This document shows, piece after piece, positions 42,148 through 51,880 of a stretch of DNA of 53,363 nucleotides (position 1 is its first letter; each line of letters opens with the position of its first letter). The position numbers and the translations under genes are program-made. A model generated the notes under the pieces. That model searched no databases, was not told the DNA's origin, and saw only the letters and a program-made list of their open reading frames with translations. The stretch is from NCBI GenBank assembly GCA_964568345.1, contig CAZMPG010000001.1, positions 1 through 53,363 of the forward strand, written 5' to 3'. The DNA is from an uncultured Candidatus Saccharibacteria bacterium (GTDB lineage Bacteria > Patescibacteriota > Minisyncoccia > Phycocordibacterales > UBA12088).

Positions 42148-43194
42148 ATGGTGCGTGCCGTGCTCGTCTGTGTGTGCGTTGCTGGTGCCCTAGCGCTACA
42201 CTTCCACGGTGCGCGTGTTGCGTACGCAGCCCCTCCCCCATCGTCCTTTTTTCGAGAGTTGTCCGTTGGAATGTACGGCGAGGACGTGCGTGCTCTGCAG
42301 CACATACTCAACCTAGACGAATCCACGAGAATACGCGGGTCTGGGGCTGGGTCACCGGGTAAGGAAACACAGTACTTTGGCGGCCTCACGCGCGACGCGC
42401 TGGTGCGGTTTCAAGAGAAGTACCGACGTGACATACTCACGCCATTTGGGCTCGTGTCGGGGACGGGGCGTGCAAATTGGCGCACACTCGCGGTGCTCGT
42501 GAGGGTTCGTAGCACACTCCAGGGTAGCGGGGCAAGCCAGGCGGTGAAGGGGGTCGTTGCGTCTAGTTCTAGAGACACTCTGACCCAGAAAGAGCCAGCG
42601 AAGACCTCTTCCCAAGGCGTATTCGACCCAAATCGCGAGAGCCGGATAGCAATGATCGCCGCCGTTGAGTATGTTGCAAGAAAGCAAGGGAAAACTAACA
42701 AGGAAATAGCACATTTGAAAGAGTTGGTGACGAAAAGTATGGCCACAAGCACCGATCTTAAGCGTGCTTTCGAGGATTTGGTAAGGAAAACTTCCGCGAA
42801 GTATAAAAAAGTGTCTCGTTCCGGCTTCCCAGCTTTTTTTGCACGTGTCGCCGGTTTTCTCGGGGAGTTGTTTATGCCTGAGCAAGCGTATGCCGGGTTG
42901 GGAACTCCGTTTGGGGGGCACCTTAAGGCGGCGGTCCCTTGTGCTTGCAGCGATACGTGGCTTATCACACTTGCCCCGCCACTCCCACCGTCGTTTGTTG
43001 TCCTGCTCTCCTACATACCCGAGACCCAGCTGTTCCTCTATGAAAACATACCGATGACCTCCGAACTGCTTGGGTTCTATGAACCGGGCGCCGGAATATG
43101 TCTTGAGCCGGGAACCCCTTGTGAACCAATACCGAACGAAGGTCTCATCTCACCTTTTGTCGGTTCATCGATGATGGGTTTCACTGATCCGTAG
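42148..43194 (+). CDS. Secreted peptidoglycan-binding (PG_binding_1-like) domain protein
   Basis: Signal peptide MVRAVLVCVCVAGALALHF. GEDVRALQHILNLDE...YFGGLTRDALVRFQEKY. TATACT lies 8 nt upstream of the ATG at 42148. Confidence 0.7.
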   Translation: MVRAVLVCVCVAGALALHFHGARVAYAAPPPSSFFRELSVGMYGEDVRALQHILNLDESTRIRGSGAGSPGKETQYFGGLTRDALVRFQEKYRRDILTPFGLVSGTGRANWRTLAVLVRVRSTLQGSGASQAVKGVVASSSRDTLTQKEPAKTSSQGVFDPNRESRIAMIAAVEYVARKQGKTNKEIAHLKELVTKSMATSTDLKRAFEDLVRKTSAKYKKVSRSGFPAFFARVAGFLGELFMPEQAYAGLGTPFGGHLKAAVPCACSDTWLITLAPPLPPSFVVLLSYIPETQLFLYENIPMTSELLGFYEPGAGICLEPGTPCEPIPNEGLISPFVGSSMMGFTDP

Positions 43195-43230
43195 ACAGTA
43201 CCACCCCAATTACCCAGTGTTTCTGTGAAG

Positions 43231-43266
43231 ACAGTGGCTATGTCGCAAGGCATAGCCACTGTTTTA
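43231..43266. terminator. Bidirectional terminator hairpin overlapping the rsmA stop
   Basis: 12-bp stem ACAGTGGCTATG (43231-43242) / CATAGCCACTGT (43251-43262), then TTTA. Confidence 0.6.
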
Positions 43267-44071
43267 CGGTGAGTTCTTCCGGTCTCGAAGAGGGTGGGAC
43301 GACACATCGGTCAAAAATATTGGCGGATAATGCTCCTTTTAAAGAAGTACCAATCTTTTTCCGTTTAGTTGAAAAAGCGAGATGTGCGAGCGTAAAGACG
43401 CGTTCTTCGCAGCGCTTGTCGGCGAACTTTTCTCTCGAAATTTCATGTATGGCGAGGATCGCGCTCTCGACTCTTGGTGGTGGTGAAAACGCCCCCGCCT
43501 TCACCACCCGCACAAGCTCCGGTGTGCCGTATGCTTTGACCGAGATCGAGAGAAGGCTCTCCTTTCCGTCGCGCGCCACGATGCGCTCCGCAACCTCCCT
43601 CTGTACGAGGAGCGCCATGGCGGAGGGCTGGTGTGCTGTAGAGAGGAAGGTGCGGATGAGGTAGCCCGTAAGGTAGTAGGGGATGTTAGCGACAAGCACG
43701 TAGTTTTCAGGTTTCAGTCCTGGGTGCGAAGACGGATCGAAGCCGCGAATATCCTCATTGAGGAGCGACAGCGTACCGTTCGCTAGTTCCGTGGCAAACG
43801 TCACGCGGAGCTCGGCGGCGAGGGTCGGGTCCTTCTCGACCGCGAGCACCTTCCCTGCACGTTTGAGGAGTTCGCGGGTGAGGATACCGTGGCCCGGGCC
43901 TATTTCGAGCACAGTATCCTTTGTGGTAAGGGGTAGCGCGTCGGCAACCCACCCGGCTACCTCCGGCCGCGTGAGGAAGTGCTGCCCCAGCCTTGCCCCC
44001 CGCCGTTTCCTCGGTGCACGTGCTACCCCGTCGCTCCTTTTCTCTTTTCTCTTTCCTCTTTTCTCTCGCAT
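43238..44071 (-). CDS. rsmA: 16S rRNA (adenine1518/1519-N6)-dimethyltransferase
   Basis: LGQHFL, VLEIGPGHGILT, ANIPYY. The ATG at 44071 is preferred over the long ORF extension that overlaps uvrD. Confidence 0.9.
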   Translation of the reverse strand: MREKRGKRKEKRSDGVARAPRKRRGARLGQHFLTRPEVAGWVADALPLTTKDTVLEIGPGHGILTRELLKRAGKVLAVEKDPTLAAELRVTFATELANGTLSLLNEDIRGFDPSSHPGLKPENYVLVANIPYYLTGYLIRTFLSTAHQPSAMALLVQREVAERIVARDGKESLLSISVKAYGTPELVRVVKAGAFSPPPRVESAILAIHEISREKFADKRCEERVFTLAHLAFSTKRKKIGTSLKGALSANIFDRCVVPPSSRPEELTVKQWLCLAT

Positions 44072-44072
44072 A

Positions 44073-45992
44073 CTAATCCAAGTACACCACCTTCCCCCGC
44101 GGGGCCGCCCGCTCCTCTGCGAGGTACTCCTCGGGGATATCGAGGATGAAGCGCGATGGAGCGGTGTGGGTGAGGGTGCCGAACACGGTGCGGGTGAGTG
44201 CGTAGGAGAGGTGTACCTGGTGCTGGGCTCGGGTGAGGGCAACGTAGAAGAGTCGCCGCTCCTCCTCGACGTCGTGGGCACCCCTATCATCCTGCCGCTC
44301 GTGGGGGAAGAGGCCATCCTCGAGGCCGGTGATGAAGACGTGTGAGAATTCAAGGCCCTTCGACGCATGGACGGTCATGAGTGCTACAGCGCCCTGCTGC
44401 TCGGTATGATCAAGCTCGTCCTGGTCGGTGGCGAGCGATGCGTCTTCGATGAGGCGCAGGACCCCCTCCGGAGCAGGAAGCGAGTCGTAGCGTGTTGCGG
44501 CGAGGGAGACGAGCTCCTCGACGTTTTGCTTCCGCTCAATATCCTCGTCGAGGTCGCTACGGAAGCTCGCCCCGATGCCGGAGCGTTCTATGGCGTACGC
44601 AACCGCTTCGCGCGTTGGTTTTTCCGCCACCACACGAGCGATATCATCGAGTATGACGAAAAAATCGTCAATCCTTTTCTGCATGGCAGGGGTGAGGGCG
44701 CTCCGATCCCCGCCGAACCAGCGCTCCACAGTCGTCTTCCCAATACCGCGCTGTGGCTCGTTGATGGCGCGGCGGAGGTCCGTTTCGCTCTCGCGGTTGA
44801 GCGCGCCACGGAGGTAGGCGAGCACGTCGCGCACCTCCTTGCGGTCGAAGAATCGGGTGCCGAGCACGCGGTACGGTACCCCGGCGGCTAAGCATGCATC
44901 CTCAAGCACGCGCGACTGAAAGTTGGCGCGGTAGAGCACCGCAATGTCGTGGTACGGTACGCCCTGCGCCGCTTGCGCGGCAATTGCTTCGACGACTTGG
45001 AGCGCCTCGTCCCGCTCATGGTATGCGGGGGTGAGCGAAACCGGTTCGCCGATGTCGTTCTCGGTGAAGAGCGTTTTGTCTCGTCGGCGCACGTTGCGCT
45101 GGATGATATGATTACTCACCGCCACGATGGTCTTCGTGGACCGGTAGTTCTGCTCGAGTTTGAGCACCGTCGCATCGGGAAAATGTGTTTCAAATGCGAG
45201 GATATTCTCGATCGTTGCCCCCCGAAACGTGTACACATTCTGGTCCACGTCGCCGACGCAGAAGATGTTGCGCGTTTCCCCCGCTATACTCCGTGCTATG
45301 TCGTACTGTACGCGGTTTGTGTCCTGGTACTCGTCTACGTGGAGGTAGCACCAACGCCGCTCGAGCACATCTCGCACGTCGGTGTGGAGGAGTTCGTTAG
45401 TGCGGAGGAGGAGGTCGTCGAAGTCGAGGGCATGCTCCTGTGCGAGGAGGGTGTCGTACCGCTGCCAGATGCTCCCGACGGTGCCAGGGAACCATGCATT
45501 ACCTGCCTTTTCCTGGTATGCGGCGCACGAAAGCCCATCGCTCTTGGCGCGCGATATGGTGCTAAGTACCACGCGTGGCTCGAACCGCTTGTCATCCTCG
45601 CCGACCTCGCGTGTCGCGCGCTTGATCGTGCGGAGCGAGTCTGCGCGGTCAAGGATGGTGAAGGAGCGTGGTATGCCGATGCGGTGCCCATACGTACGGA
45701 GAAGCTGTGCACAGAGTGCGTGGAAGGTGGTGACGGTCGGTCCCTCATCGGCGAGAAGGTTGTGTGCCGCAAGGAGTGCCAGAATACGCTCACGCATCTC
45801 TCGGGCCGCTTTGTTGGTGAAGGTGATAGCGAGGATGCTCCGGGGAGCCACCCCACCCTTGACCAGATGCACGATACGATGCGCGATGGTCTTCGTCTTC
45901 CCCGCCCCCGCCCCCGCAAGGACGAGCACCGGGCCATCCGTAGCGCATACCGCCATTTTTTGGGCTTCATTGAGCCCTGCAAGGTGATCCAT
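44073..45992 (-). CDS. UvrD/PcrA/Rep family ATP-dependent DNA helicase
   Basis: LNEAQKMAV...VLAGAGAGKTKTIAHRI, HVDEYQDTN, LEQNYRST, VHASKGLEF. Confidence 0.9.
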   Translation of the reverse strand: MDHLAGLNEAQKMAVCATDGPVLVLAGAGAGKTKTIAHRIVHLVKGGVAPRSILAITFTNKAAREMRERILALLAAHNLLADEGPTVTTFHALCAQLLRTYGHRIGIPRSFTILDRADSLRTIKRATREVGEDDKRFEPRVVLSTISRAKSDGLSCAAYQEKAGNAWFPGTVGSIWQRYDTLLAQEHALDFDDLLLRTNELLHTDVRDVLERRWCYLHVDEYQDTNRVQYDIARSIAGETRNIFCVGDVDQNVYTFRGATIENILAFETHFPDATVLKLEQNYRSTKTIVAVSNHIIQRNVRRRDKTLFTENDIGEPVSLTPAYHERDEALQVVEAIAAQAAQGVPYHDIAVLYRANFQSRVLEDACLAAGVPYRVLGTRFFDRKEVRDVLAYLRGALNRESETDLRRAINEPQRGIGKTTVERWFGGDRSALTPAMQKRIDDFFVILDDIARVVAEKPTREAVAYAIERSGIGASFRSDLDEDIERKQNVEELVSLAATRYDSLPAPEGVLRLIEDASLATDQDELDHTEQQGAVALMTVHASKGLEFSHVFITGLEDGLFPHERQDDRGAHDVEEERRLFYVALTRAQHQVHLSYALTRTVFGTLTHTAPSRFILDIPEEYLAEERAAPRGKVVYLD

Positions 45993-46165
45993 ATCTGCCT
46001 ATGATACCACACCCTTCTCATGGGCGGTTTGCAGGTGCCCGCTATCCACACCCCACCTTGACGCTTGGGGTGTGGTCGCTATGATGCAACTATCGCCGAA
46101 TTGCCCGCATTGCTGCGCGCCGAGCACCCGCTCGGTTTCTGCTGCCGGAAGCATGACCACAGAAC

Positions 46166-47236
46166 GTGCGTATACCAAGTACGAGCTCCCAGGACCCCGA
46201 CGGTAGGATGTATCGTCCGAGCATCCGTTGGGCGACAGATAGGGTACAGCGTGTGTACGTGGCGGTCGTCGTAGCGGCCTTTCTTGGTGTCGCCGCGTGT
46301 AGTGTGTGGTGGGAGCAGCCGCGTGCGGCTCTCGCCGAGCGAGGTGTGCCCGTGCGGGCTGCGACAGCAACACCAGCAACCACCGAGACTGTCGGAGTTC
46401 TCCGTGCACAGGGATCGCTCGACCCCGGGTCGCTTGGCGGTGGCGATGTCGTCGTAGTTGATGGTACCGCACTCCGCTCTGATGCAAGCCCCTTTGAGGA
46501 GGGTGAAGAGGTAGAGGCTGTACATAGCATCACGTGGTATGTGGTGAAGGAGGGAGACTCGCTCTCACAGGTTGCGGCTATGTTTGGGGTTTCTGCAAAC
46601 ACCATTGTGTGGGCAAACGAGCTCTCCTCCCGCAACGACCTACACCCCGGCATGCGCCTGCTCATCTTGCCCATTGATGGGGTGCAGCACACCGTCGCTT
46701 CTGGGGATACGCTCGAGCGCATTGCGAAACGGTATGGCGGCGACGCGGAAGAAATCCGCTCCTACAACGACCTTGTGGGAGGAGAGCTCGCCCTTGGTAT
46801 GGTGCTCACTGTGCCGGGAGGGGAAATACCCGCGCCGCGCACCGTGGCGGCGCCGAAAGCCCGCCTGGTGCGCGGTGGTGGCGCTGCTATTCCCGGGTAC
46901 TTTTTCCACCCCCTGCCTGGCAGCGTACGCACGCAAGGCCTCCACGGCTTCAATGGCATTGACTTCGCTGCTCCAGAGGGCACACCCATCCTTGCTGCAG
47001 CGGCGGGTACGGTGATTGTGCTCAAGTCCGGGGGGTGGAACGGTGGCTACGGCACATACCTCGTGGTGAGCCATCCAAACGGTACCGAGACGCTCTACGC
47101 CCACCTCTCCGGTGTTGCGGTTGCGGCTGGCGACCAGGTAGCGCAGGGCGAGGCGATAGGCTACGTCGGGTCAACCGGTCGTTCAACCGGCAACCATCTC
47201 CATTTTGAGATTCGCGGCGCAGCGAATCCGTTCTAG
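46166..47236 (+). CDS. LysM-domain M23 family peptidoglycan endopeptidase (start uncertain; alternative ATG at 46208)
   Basis: Two LysM-like repeats (YVVKEGDSLSQVAAMFGVS...; HTVASGDTLERIAKRYG). M23 motifs GIDFAAPEGTPI and GRSTGNHLHFEIR. Confidence 0.85.
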   Translation: MRIPSTSSQDPDGRMYRPSIRWATDRVQRVYVAVVVAAFLGVAACSVWWEQPRAALAERGVPVRAATATPATTETVGVLRAQGSLDPGSLGGGDVVVVDGTALRSDASPFEEGEEVEAVHSITWYVVKEGDSLSQVAAMFGVSANTIVWANELSSRNDLHPGMRLLILPIDGVQHTVASGDTLERIAKRYGGDAEEIRSYNDLVGGELALGMVLTVPGGEIPAPRTVAAPKARLVRGGGAAIPGYFFHPLPGSVRTQGLHGFNGIDFAAPEGTPILAAAAGTVIVLKSGGWNGGYGTYLVVSHPNGTETLYAHLSGVAVAAGDQVAQGEAIGYVGSTGRSTGNHLHFEIRGAANPF

Positions 47237-47241
47237 CGCGC

Positions 47242-47263
47242 AGCCCCGCCAGGCAGCGGGGCT
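47242..47263. terminator. Hairpin between convergent genes
   Basis: AGCCCCGC / GCGGGGCT with loop CAGGCA. No clear U-tract. Confidence 0.35.
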
Positions 47264-47320
47264 TGATCGCACTCGTATGCACCTCTACCCAGAGGCCCCC
47301 TGCTTGCACCTCACGATTCC

Positions 47321-48850
47321 CTATCGAGCAAACTCAATGGCCCTGCTCTCGCGGATGACCGCAATCTTGATCTCGCCGGGGTACTTGAGCTCCTGCTCAA
47401 CACGCGTTGCTATGTTGCGTGCTATTTCCCGCGCCTCAAGGTCGCCAACCTCCTCGGGACGTACAAATATACGCACCTCCCGCCCCGCAGCGATAGCGTA
47501 GCTTTTCTCGATACCCGGGAAGCTGTTTGCAATATCTTCGAGCTCCTGGAGCCTCTTGAGGTAGTGTTCGACTGAGTCACGGCGGGCGCCCGGTCGGCCG
47601 CCTGAAATTGCGTCTGCAACCTGCACGATAATGCTTTCCGGTGTCTCGTACGGGTACTCCTCGTGATGGCTTTGCATCGCTTTGATGATGCGCTCATCGA
47701 CGCCGAACTTCTGGAGGATCCTGCGTCCAATCTCGACGTGTGTACCCTGTACGTCGTGGTCAACCGCCTTGCCGATATCGTGCACGAGTGCCCCCGCACG
47801 GGCGATGTGGACATCCGCACCGAGCTCTTCAGCGAGCATGCCGGATATGTGAGCCATCTCGATGGAGTGCTGGAGCACGTTCTGGCCGTAGGAGGTCCTA
47901 AAGTGGAGCCTGCCGAGGATCATGAGGACGCGGTTGTCAATGTTGAGTACGCCCGCTTCATAGGCTGCTTGCTCGCCCTTCTCCTTGATGATCCGGTGGA
48001 TCTCGTCGGTCGCCTTTTGCACCATCTCCTCTATCTTTGCCGGCTGTATCCTGCCATCGAGAATGAGGTTTTCGAGTGCGACGCGCGCTATCTGGCGACG
48101 CACGGGGTCAAAACAGGAAAGGGTGATGAGGCCGGGCGTGTCGTCAACGAGCACGTCCACGCCGGTTACGCGCTCGAAGGCACGGATATTGCGCCCCTCC
48201 TTTCCAATGATCTTCCCCTTGATCTCTTCGCTCGGGAGAGCGATGGAGGTGGTAAGCACATCGGTGGTGACTGCGTTGCCGAGCCGGTGGATCGCGGTCG
48301 TCAGTATCTCCTGCGCCTTACGCTCGAGGCGCTCGCGCCCGTGCTGCTCAAGCTTCTGCATCCGCACCACCATGTCCTCATTGCTTTCCCGCTCTAGGCG
48401 CGCCATGAGCTCACCTCGTGCGTCTTCTCGTGAGAGGTGTGCGACGCGCTCGAGCTCATGCTCAGTCTTTGTTTTGAGTTCGTCAACACGCGCCTTGACC
48501 GCATGGACCTCCTCGATTTTGTGCTTCACGTGCTCCACCTCGCTGTCGAGGTCTGCCTGACGCTTGTCGAGGAATGCCTCGCGGTCAAGAAGGCGCACCT
48601 CTGCCTTTTTGGTAAATTCCTCGCGCTCCTTTACTTCCTTCTCTGCCTCTCGCTTCCTTGCCGCTATACCTCGCTCCGCCTCATCCTCAAGGCCGCGGGC
48701 ACGCTCCTTCGCCTCGAGGAGGAGCTGCTTGATCTCAAGCTCAAGAGAGCCCTTTTTCCCAGCAGAAATAATGTAGCGTAGGTAGTACCCACCAGCGATG
48801 CCGGCACCCACTGCGAGCACCGCAGCGCCAATAGCTATGAGTAATGACAT
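47321..48850 (-). CDS. rny: Ribonuclease Y
   Basis: N-terminal TM, coiled coil, KH motif GKIIGKEGRNIRAFE, HD domain HSIEMAHISG...LVHDIGK. Confidence 0.9.
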   Translation of the reverse strand: MSLLIAIGAAVLAVGAGIAGGYYLRYIISAGKKGSLELEIKQLLLEAKERARGLEDEAERGIAARKREAEKEVKEREEFTKKAEVRLLDREAFLDKRQADLDSEVEHVKHKIEEVHAVKARVDELKTKTEHELERVAHLSREDARGELMARLERESNEDMVVRMQKLEQHGRERLERKAQEILTTAIHRLGNAVTTDVLTTSIALPSEEIKGKIIGKEGRNIRAFERVTGVDVLVDDTPGLITLSCFDPVRRQIARVALENLILDGRIQPAKIEEMVQKATDEIHRIIKEKGEQAAYEAGVLNIDNRVLMILGRLHFRTSYGQNVLQHSIEMAHISGMLAEELGADVHIARAGALVHDIGKAVDHDVQGTHVEIGRRILQKFGVDERIIKAMQSHHEEYPYETPESIIVQVADAISGGRPGARRDSVEHYLKRLQELEDIANSFPGIEKSYAIAAGREVRIFVRPEEVGDLEAREIARNIATRVEQELKYPGEIKIAVIRESRAIEFAR

Positions 48851-49057
48851 AGTGCGACAGAGAGCGTCGTCGCAATAAACCTCACGCGAGCGTGCTGTGC
48901 GCCTCAGGCTGTTGTGGTATCCCCTTCCCGCTTGTGCATGACCTGCTCAGTGCGAAGTGTGTGCGTCCGACGCCCATAGTTATTCAATAAGCACCCACCG
49001 TATCGTGTTGCTCATTGATACTAGCAGCAATTTGCTCGCGACGCAAAACCGGTCGAG

Positions 49058-49258
49058 GTAACTATTCACCTATTCTCAGCACCGCATGATTCAATCGTCT
49101 GTACACAAACATGGGGTTTCTTCGTCTTTGCGAGCCCGCAGGCGAAGCAAACCAGGTCTGGATCGCTTCGCCTGCGGTCATCCCCGCAGCAGGCGGGGGG
49201 CTCGCGATGACGACCAGAGCAGCCATACTGTTGCTACAGTGCTGGGAATAATAGTTAC
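49058..49258. repeat. MITE-like non-coding element, copy B (inverted relative to copy A)
   Basis: 5' TIR GTAACTATTCACCTATTCTCAGC (49058-49080). The reverse complement of the 3' end (49241-49258) is GTAACTATTATTCCCAGC. The interior shares TTTCTTCGTCTTTGCGAGCCC, a long hairpin (GCAGGCGAAGC...GCTTCGCCTGC) and CTCGCGATGACGAC with the reverse complement of copy A. Confidence 0.6.
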
Positions 49259-49281
49259 CGGCTGAGAGGCAACTAGGCGTA

Positions 49282-51045
49282 CTACTCCGCCCCCGTAGTT
49301 GTTGCGTGTGTACTGCTAACGGTAAATGGTGTAGTGGCGCCGTTGAGGAGCACTTCGACGAGCTCGGCATGTGCCGGTGTTTCGGTCGCAACCTCAAACG
49401 GTACCCCCGATACGCATGCATCTGTGGATGTACCCGTGTCGGTGGTGATCGAGAGCACGAACGCGGGCGTGCTTGTTGCTGCTGGTACAAGGTTGGCGGT
49501 GGTGGTAGCACATTCCGTGGCGAGTGTACCGCGATACGTCTGCACACCGTGCTCGTACGTCGCCTCTATCGTAAGCGGCGTCCCGGTTCCCGAACCCTGT
49601 TCAGTACCGCTTGCCACTTCCCCACCCTCAACAGTCTCCGCCTTACTGGTGGTGCCCACAAGCTGTAGCCGTGCCTGAGTAACGTACGCACGAGCTGCCT
49701 CAAGCCGCTCCTGTGCCTCGGTGTAATCATCGAGCGTGAGGGCGACCTCGCCGCGTAGGAGGTGTGCCGTTGCGTCTTTGATGAGGTCTCGTACCTGGAT
49801 CGCTTGCGGGTCGCTCGATGTTCCGACACTCGCAAGCTGCTGCGTGGTCCGGATAGAGTCTGCCACCTCGGTATGGAGCGCGCCCACGTCCTCGGTGGGG
49901 GTAGTGTCCGTCGCATAGTCTGTGTCCATGTCCGTTGGTACGCGCACCGAGTCGGGGAGGATGGTGATGGCAAAGATGTTTGATGCTTGGAGTACCTGGA
50001 CCAAGCTCTGGAACTCATCCCCTGCGGCACGGAACGCGCTGTATGCTGCGCGGGTATCGCCACGGTCTGCTGCAGTACTTCCCGTGTCCAGGTACGCTGT
50101 TCCCCGTGCGAGCTGGTCACGAGCCTGTCCCGCAAGCTCTGATGCCGGGTCGAGCGCTTCAAGTCTGAGTGTTGCGGTCTGCTGGAGCGTTGCTGCTCGC
50201 TCACGTGCGCGCTCAAGCCCTTCCCGCAAAGCCTCTGGCGTATCTACCTCCGATGTTTTGCCCCCACCCGTAGCTGATGATGTGCTGGTGGGGAGTAGCT
50301 CGTCTGTTGCTGTTGCAAATGCTGGATCTGCCACGGCGAGTTGCTGCTCAACAGACTTACGTACGTCTCCAGCCTCTGATGCCATGCTGTGGACGTGCTC
50401 CACGAGGGTGCGGGCTGGGGCAGCCACGCCGCTACCCTCGTCGGTTGCCTCGACGACGATACGCGCAAGTACCGCTTCATGGGTGTCGAGCGATTGCTCG
50501 AGATCTGTCGACACCTCGGCAGCGAGTACGGGGTCGGTGCGTTCGAGCTCGCGCACGGTTTCAACTACTGCGTTCGTGTGCTTCTCGAGGAGCTGTGTCA
50601 CCTCGTTTTGGCGCTCGGTATCGAGCCGTCCCTGGAGTGCAAGCTGCCCAGCCTCCTCGAGACGACGCTCTGCACGCTCTTGTTCCCACGCAGCGCGTGA
50701 CTCGGTACCGACCGTAAGTGCGCCACGGATCTCTTCGTTTACATTCACCTTGACGGGGTACAGGAGGTCGCCCGGCAGCGAGGTGGTCGCCGCGGAGGTA
50801 ACGCCGTACATGCCCATACTCACCATGCTTGCAATGAGGAGGGCGCCGGTTGCGTACCGATACCCCAGGGCTTGCCGCAGGCCCCGGAGGATGTGCACCA
50901 TCCGCAGCTGCTCGCGGTAGTGGTGTGTGCGGATTGGCTGGTAGGCCACATACGTCTGCACCTGGCTGCGTAGGTCAGCACGCTCCTCGTTGGTGAGGCG
51001 TACGTGAGCCGTTGCGTTCTGGAGTTGTCTCGTGAATGATTGCAT
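49282..51045 (-). CDS. DUF5667-like membrane-anchored protein (putative anti-sigma partner)
   Basis: Start at ATG 51045 (MQSFTRQL...). One TM (ATGALLIASMVSMGMYGV), then LPGDLLYPVKVNVNEEIR, typical of DUF5667. Directly downstream of the ECF sigma gene. Confidence 0.6.
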   Translation of the reverse strand: MQSFTRQLQNATAHVRLTNEERADLRSQVQTYVAYQPIRTHHYREQLRMVHILRGLRQALGYRYATGALLIASMVSMGMYGVTSAATTSLPGDLLYPVKVNVNEEIRGALTVGTESRAAWEQERAERRLEEAGQLALQGRLDTERQNEVTQLLEKHTNAVVETVRELERTDPVLAAEVSTDLEQSLDTHEAVLARIVVEATDEGSGVAAPARTLVEHVHSMASEAGDVRKSVEQQLAVADPAFATATDELLPTSTSSATGGGKTSEVDTPEALREGLERARERAATLQQTATLRLEALDPASELAGQARDQLARGTAYLDTGSTAADRGDTRAAYSAFRAAGDEFQSLVQVLQASNIFAITILPDSVRVPTDMDTDYATDTTPTEDVGALHTEVADSIRTTQQLASVGTSSDPQAIQVRDLIKDATAHLLRGEVALTLDDYTEAQERLEAARAYVTQARLQLVGTTSKAETVEGGEVASGTEQGSGTGTPLTIEATYEHGVQTYRGTLATECATTTANLVPAATSTPAFVLSITTDTGTSTDACVSGVPFEVATETPAHAELVEVLLNGATTPFTVSSTHATTTGAE

Positions 51046-51053
51046 GGTTATTC

Positions 51054-51653
51054 TCAGTCTTCCGTACGGTACGTGCGGGTTGTGTCGATGTTGTGTGCGA
51101 GCCACTTGATCCCTCGATGGATGCGCACCGATACGTTGTTTACCGACTCTCCGAGCAGCTCCGCTATTTCCGCTGGCATGAGGCCATCCATGTAGCGCAT
51201 GACGATCACCTCTCGGTACGCGTGGGGCATGTGGGTGAGGAGCTTGGGGACCTGTGTCGCGTCGAGCGAAAGCTCGAGTTCTTCGCGACTTCCTGCGACA
51301 AGCTCGGGAAACGCTGCCTCGGGCACGTCGTGCTCATCAAGGAGTGCGTCGAGCGACTCATGCTTCTTTTTGCGGTACCAATCGATGATCAAGCGGTTGA
51401 GTGTCCGGTATAGGAAAGGTTTGAAGTCGTCAACACGATTCCCCCTTGTTACATAGTCCCACGTCCGCATGAATGCATCCGCAACAAGATCCTTTGCTTG
51501 CTCACGGTCGGCTACTCGGAAGTAGCAATGGCGAAACAACGCATCGGCGTACTCATCAAATGCTTTCAGGAAGGCGTCCTCTTGACCCATGCCCGCTCGT
51601 CCATTGTGACGTTCCATAGGTTTAACTCTTTCAACGTAGCCAGGGGGCAGCAC
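51054..51653 (-). CDS. ECF-type RNA polymerase sigma-70 family factor (start uncertain: 51653, 51617 or 51590)
   Basis: Region 2: FDEYADALFRHCYFRVADREQAKDLVADAFMRTW. Region 4: YREVIVMRYMDGLMPAEIAELLGESVNNVSVRIHRGIKWL. Confidence 0.85.
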   Translation of the reverse strand: MLPPGYVERVKPMERHNGRAGMGQEDAFLKAFDEYADALFRHCYFRVADREQAKDLVADAFMRTWDYVTRGNRVDDFKPFLYRTLNRLIIDWYRKKKHESLDALLDEHDVPEAAFPELVAGSREELELSLDATQVPKLLTHMPHAYREVIVMRYMDGLMPAEIAELLGESVNNVSVRIHRGIKWLAHNIDTTRTYRTED

Positions 51654-51738
51654 GTCTGTAGTTTCTGAGACGCCGCGTGTTCTCCATCAGTGCGGCTCGT
51701 GTGGCGACCACGCACCGTGCGTCATAGACGTACGCAAG

Positions 51739-51809
51739 TCGGGGTGCCGAGAATCGAACTCGGATCGCGCGGTCCCAAACCGCGTATACTACCACTGTAC
51801 TACACCCCG
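51739..51809 (-). tRNA. tRNA-Pro (anticodon UGG)
   Basis: Manual fold of the reverse complement: acceptor CGGGGTG/CACCCCG, anticodon stem CGCGG/CCGCG with loop TTTGGGA, T arm CCGAG-TTCGATT-CTCGG, discriminator A. Confidence 0.8.
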
Positions 51810-51880
51810 TTATAGCCACAATCTACCATTTTTAGGTCACCATTACCATGGTGACCTGCACTGCGGGATATGCACCCGGT

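Noticed and set aside
25726-43194. Integrative conjugative element or prophage.
   Set aside because: No integrase, relaxase, coupling protein, or capsid/terminase-like genes were seen. There is no flanking direct repeat or tRNA at the borders. The locus is flanked by core genes on both sides.
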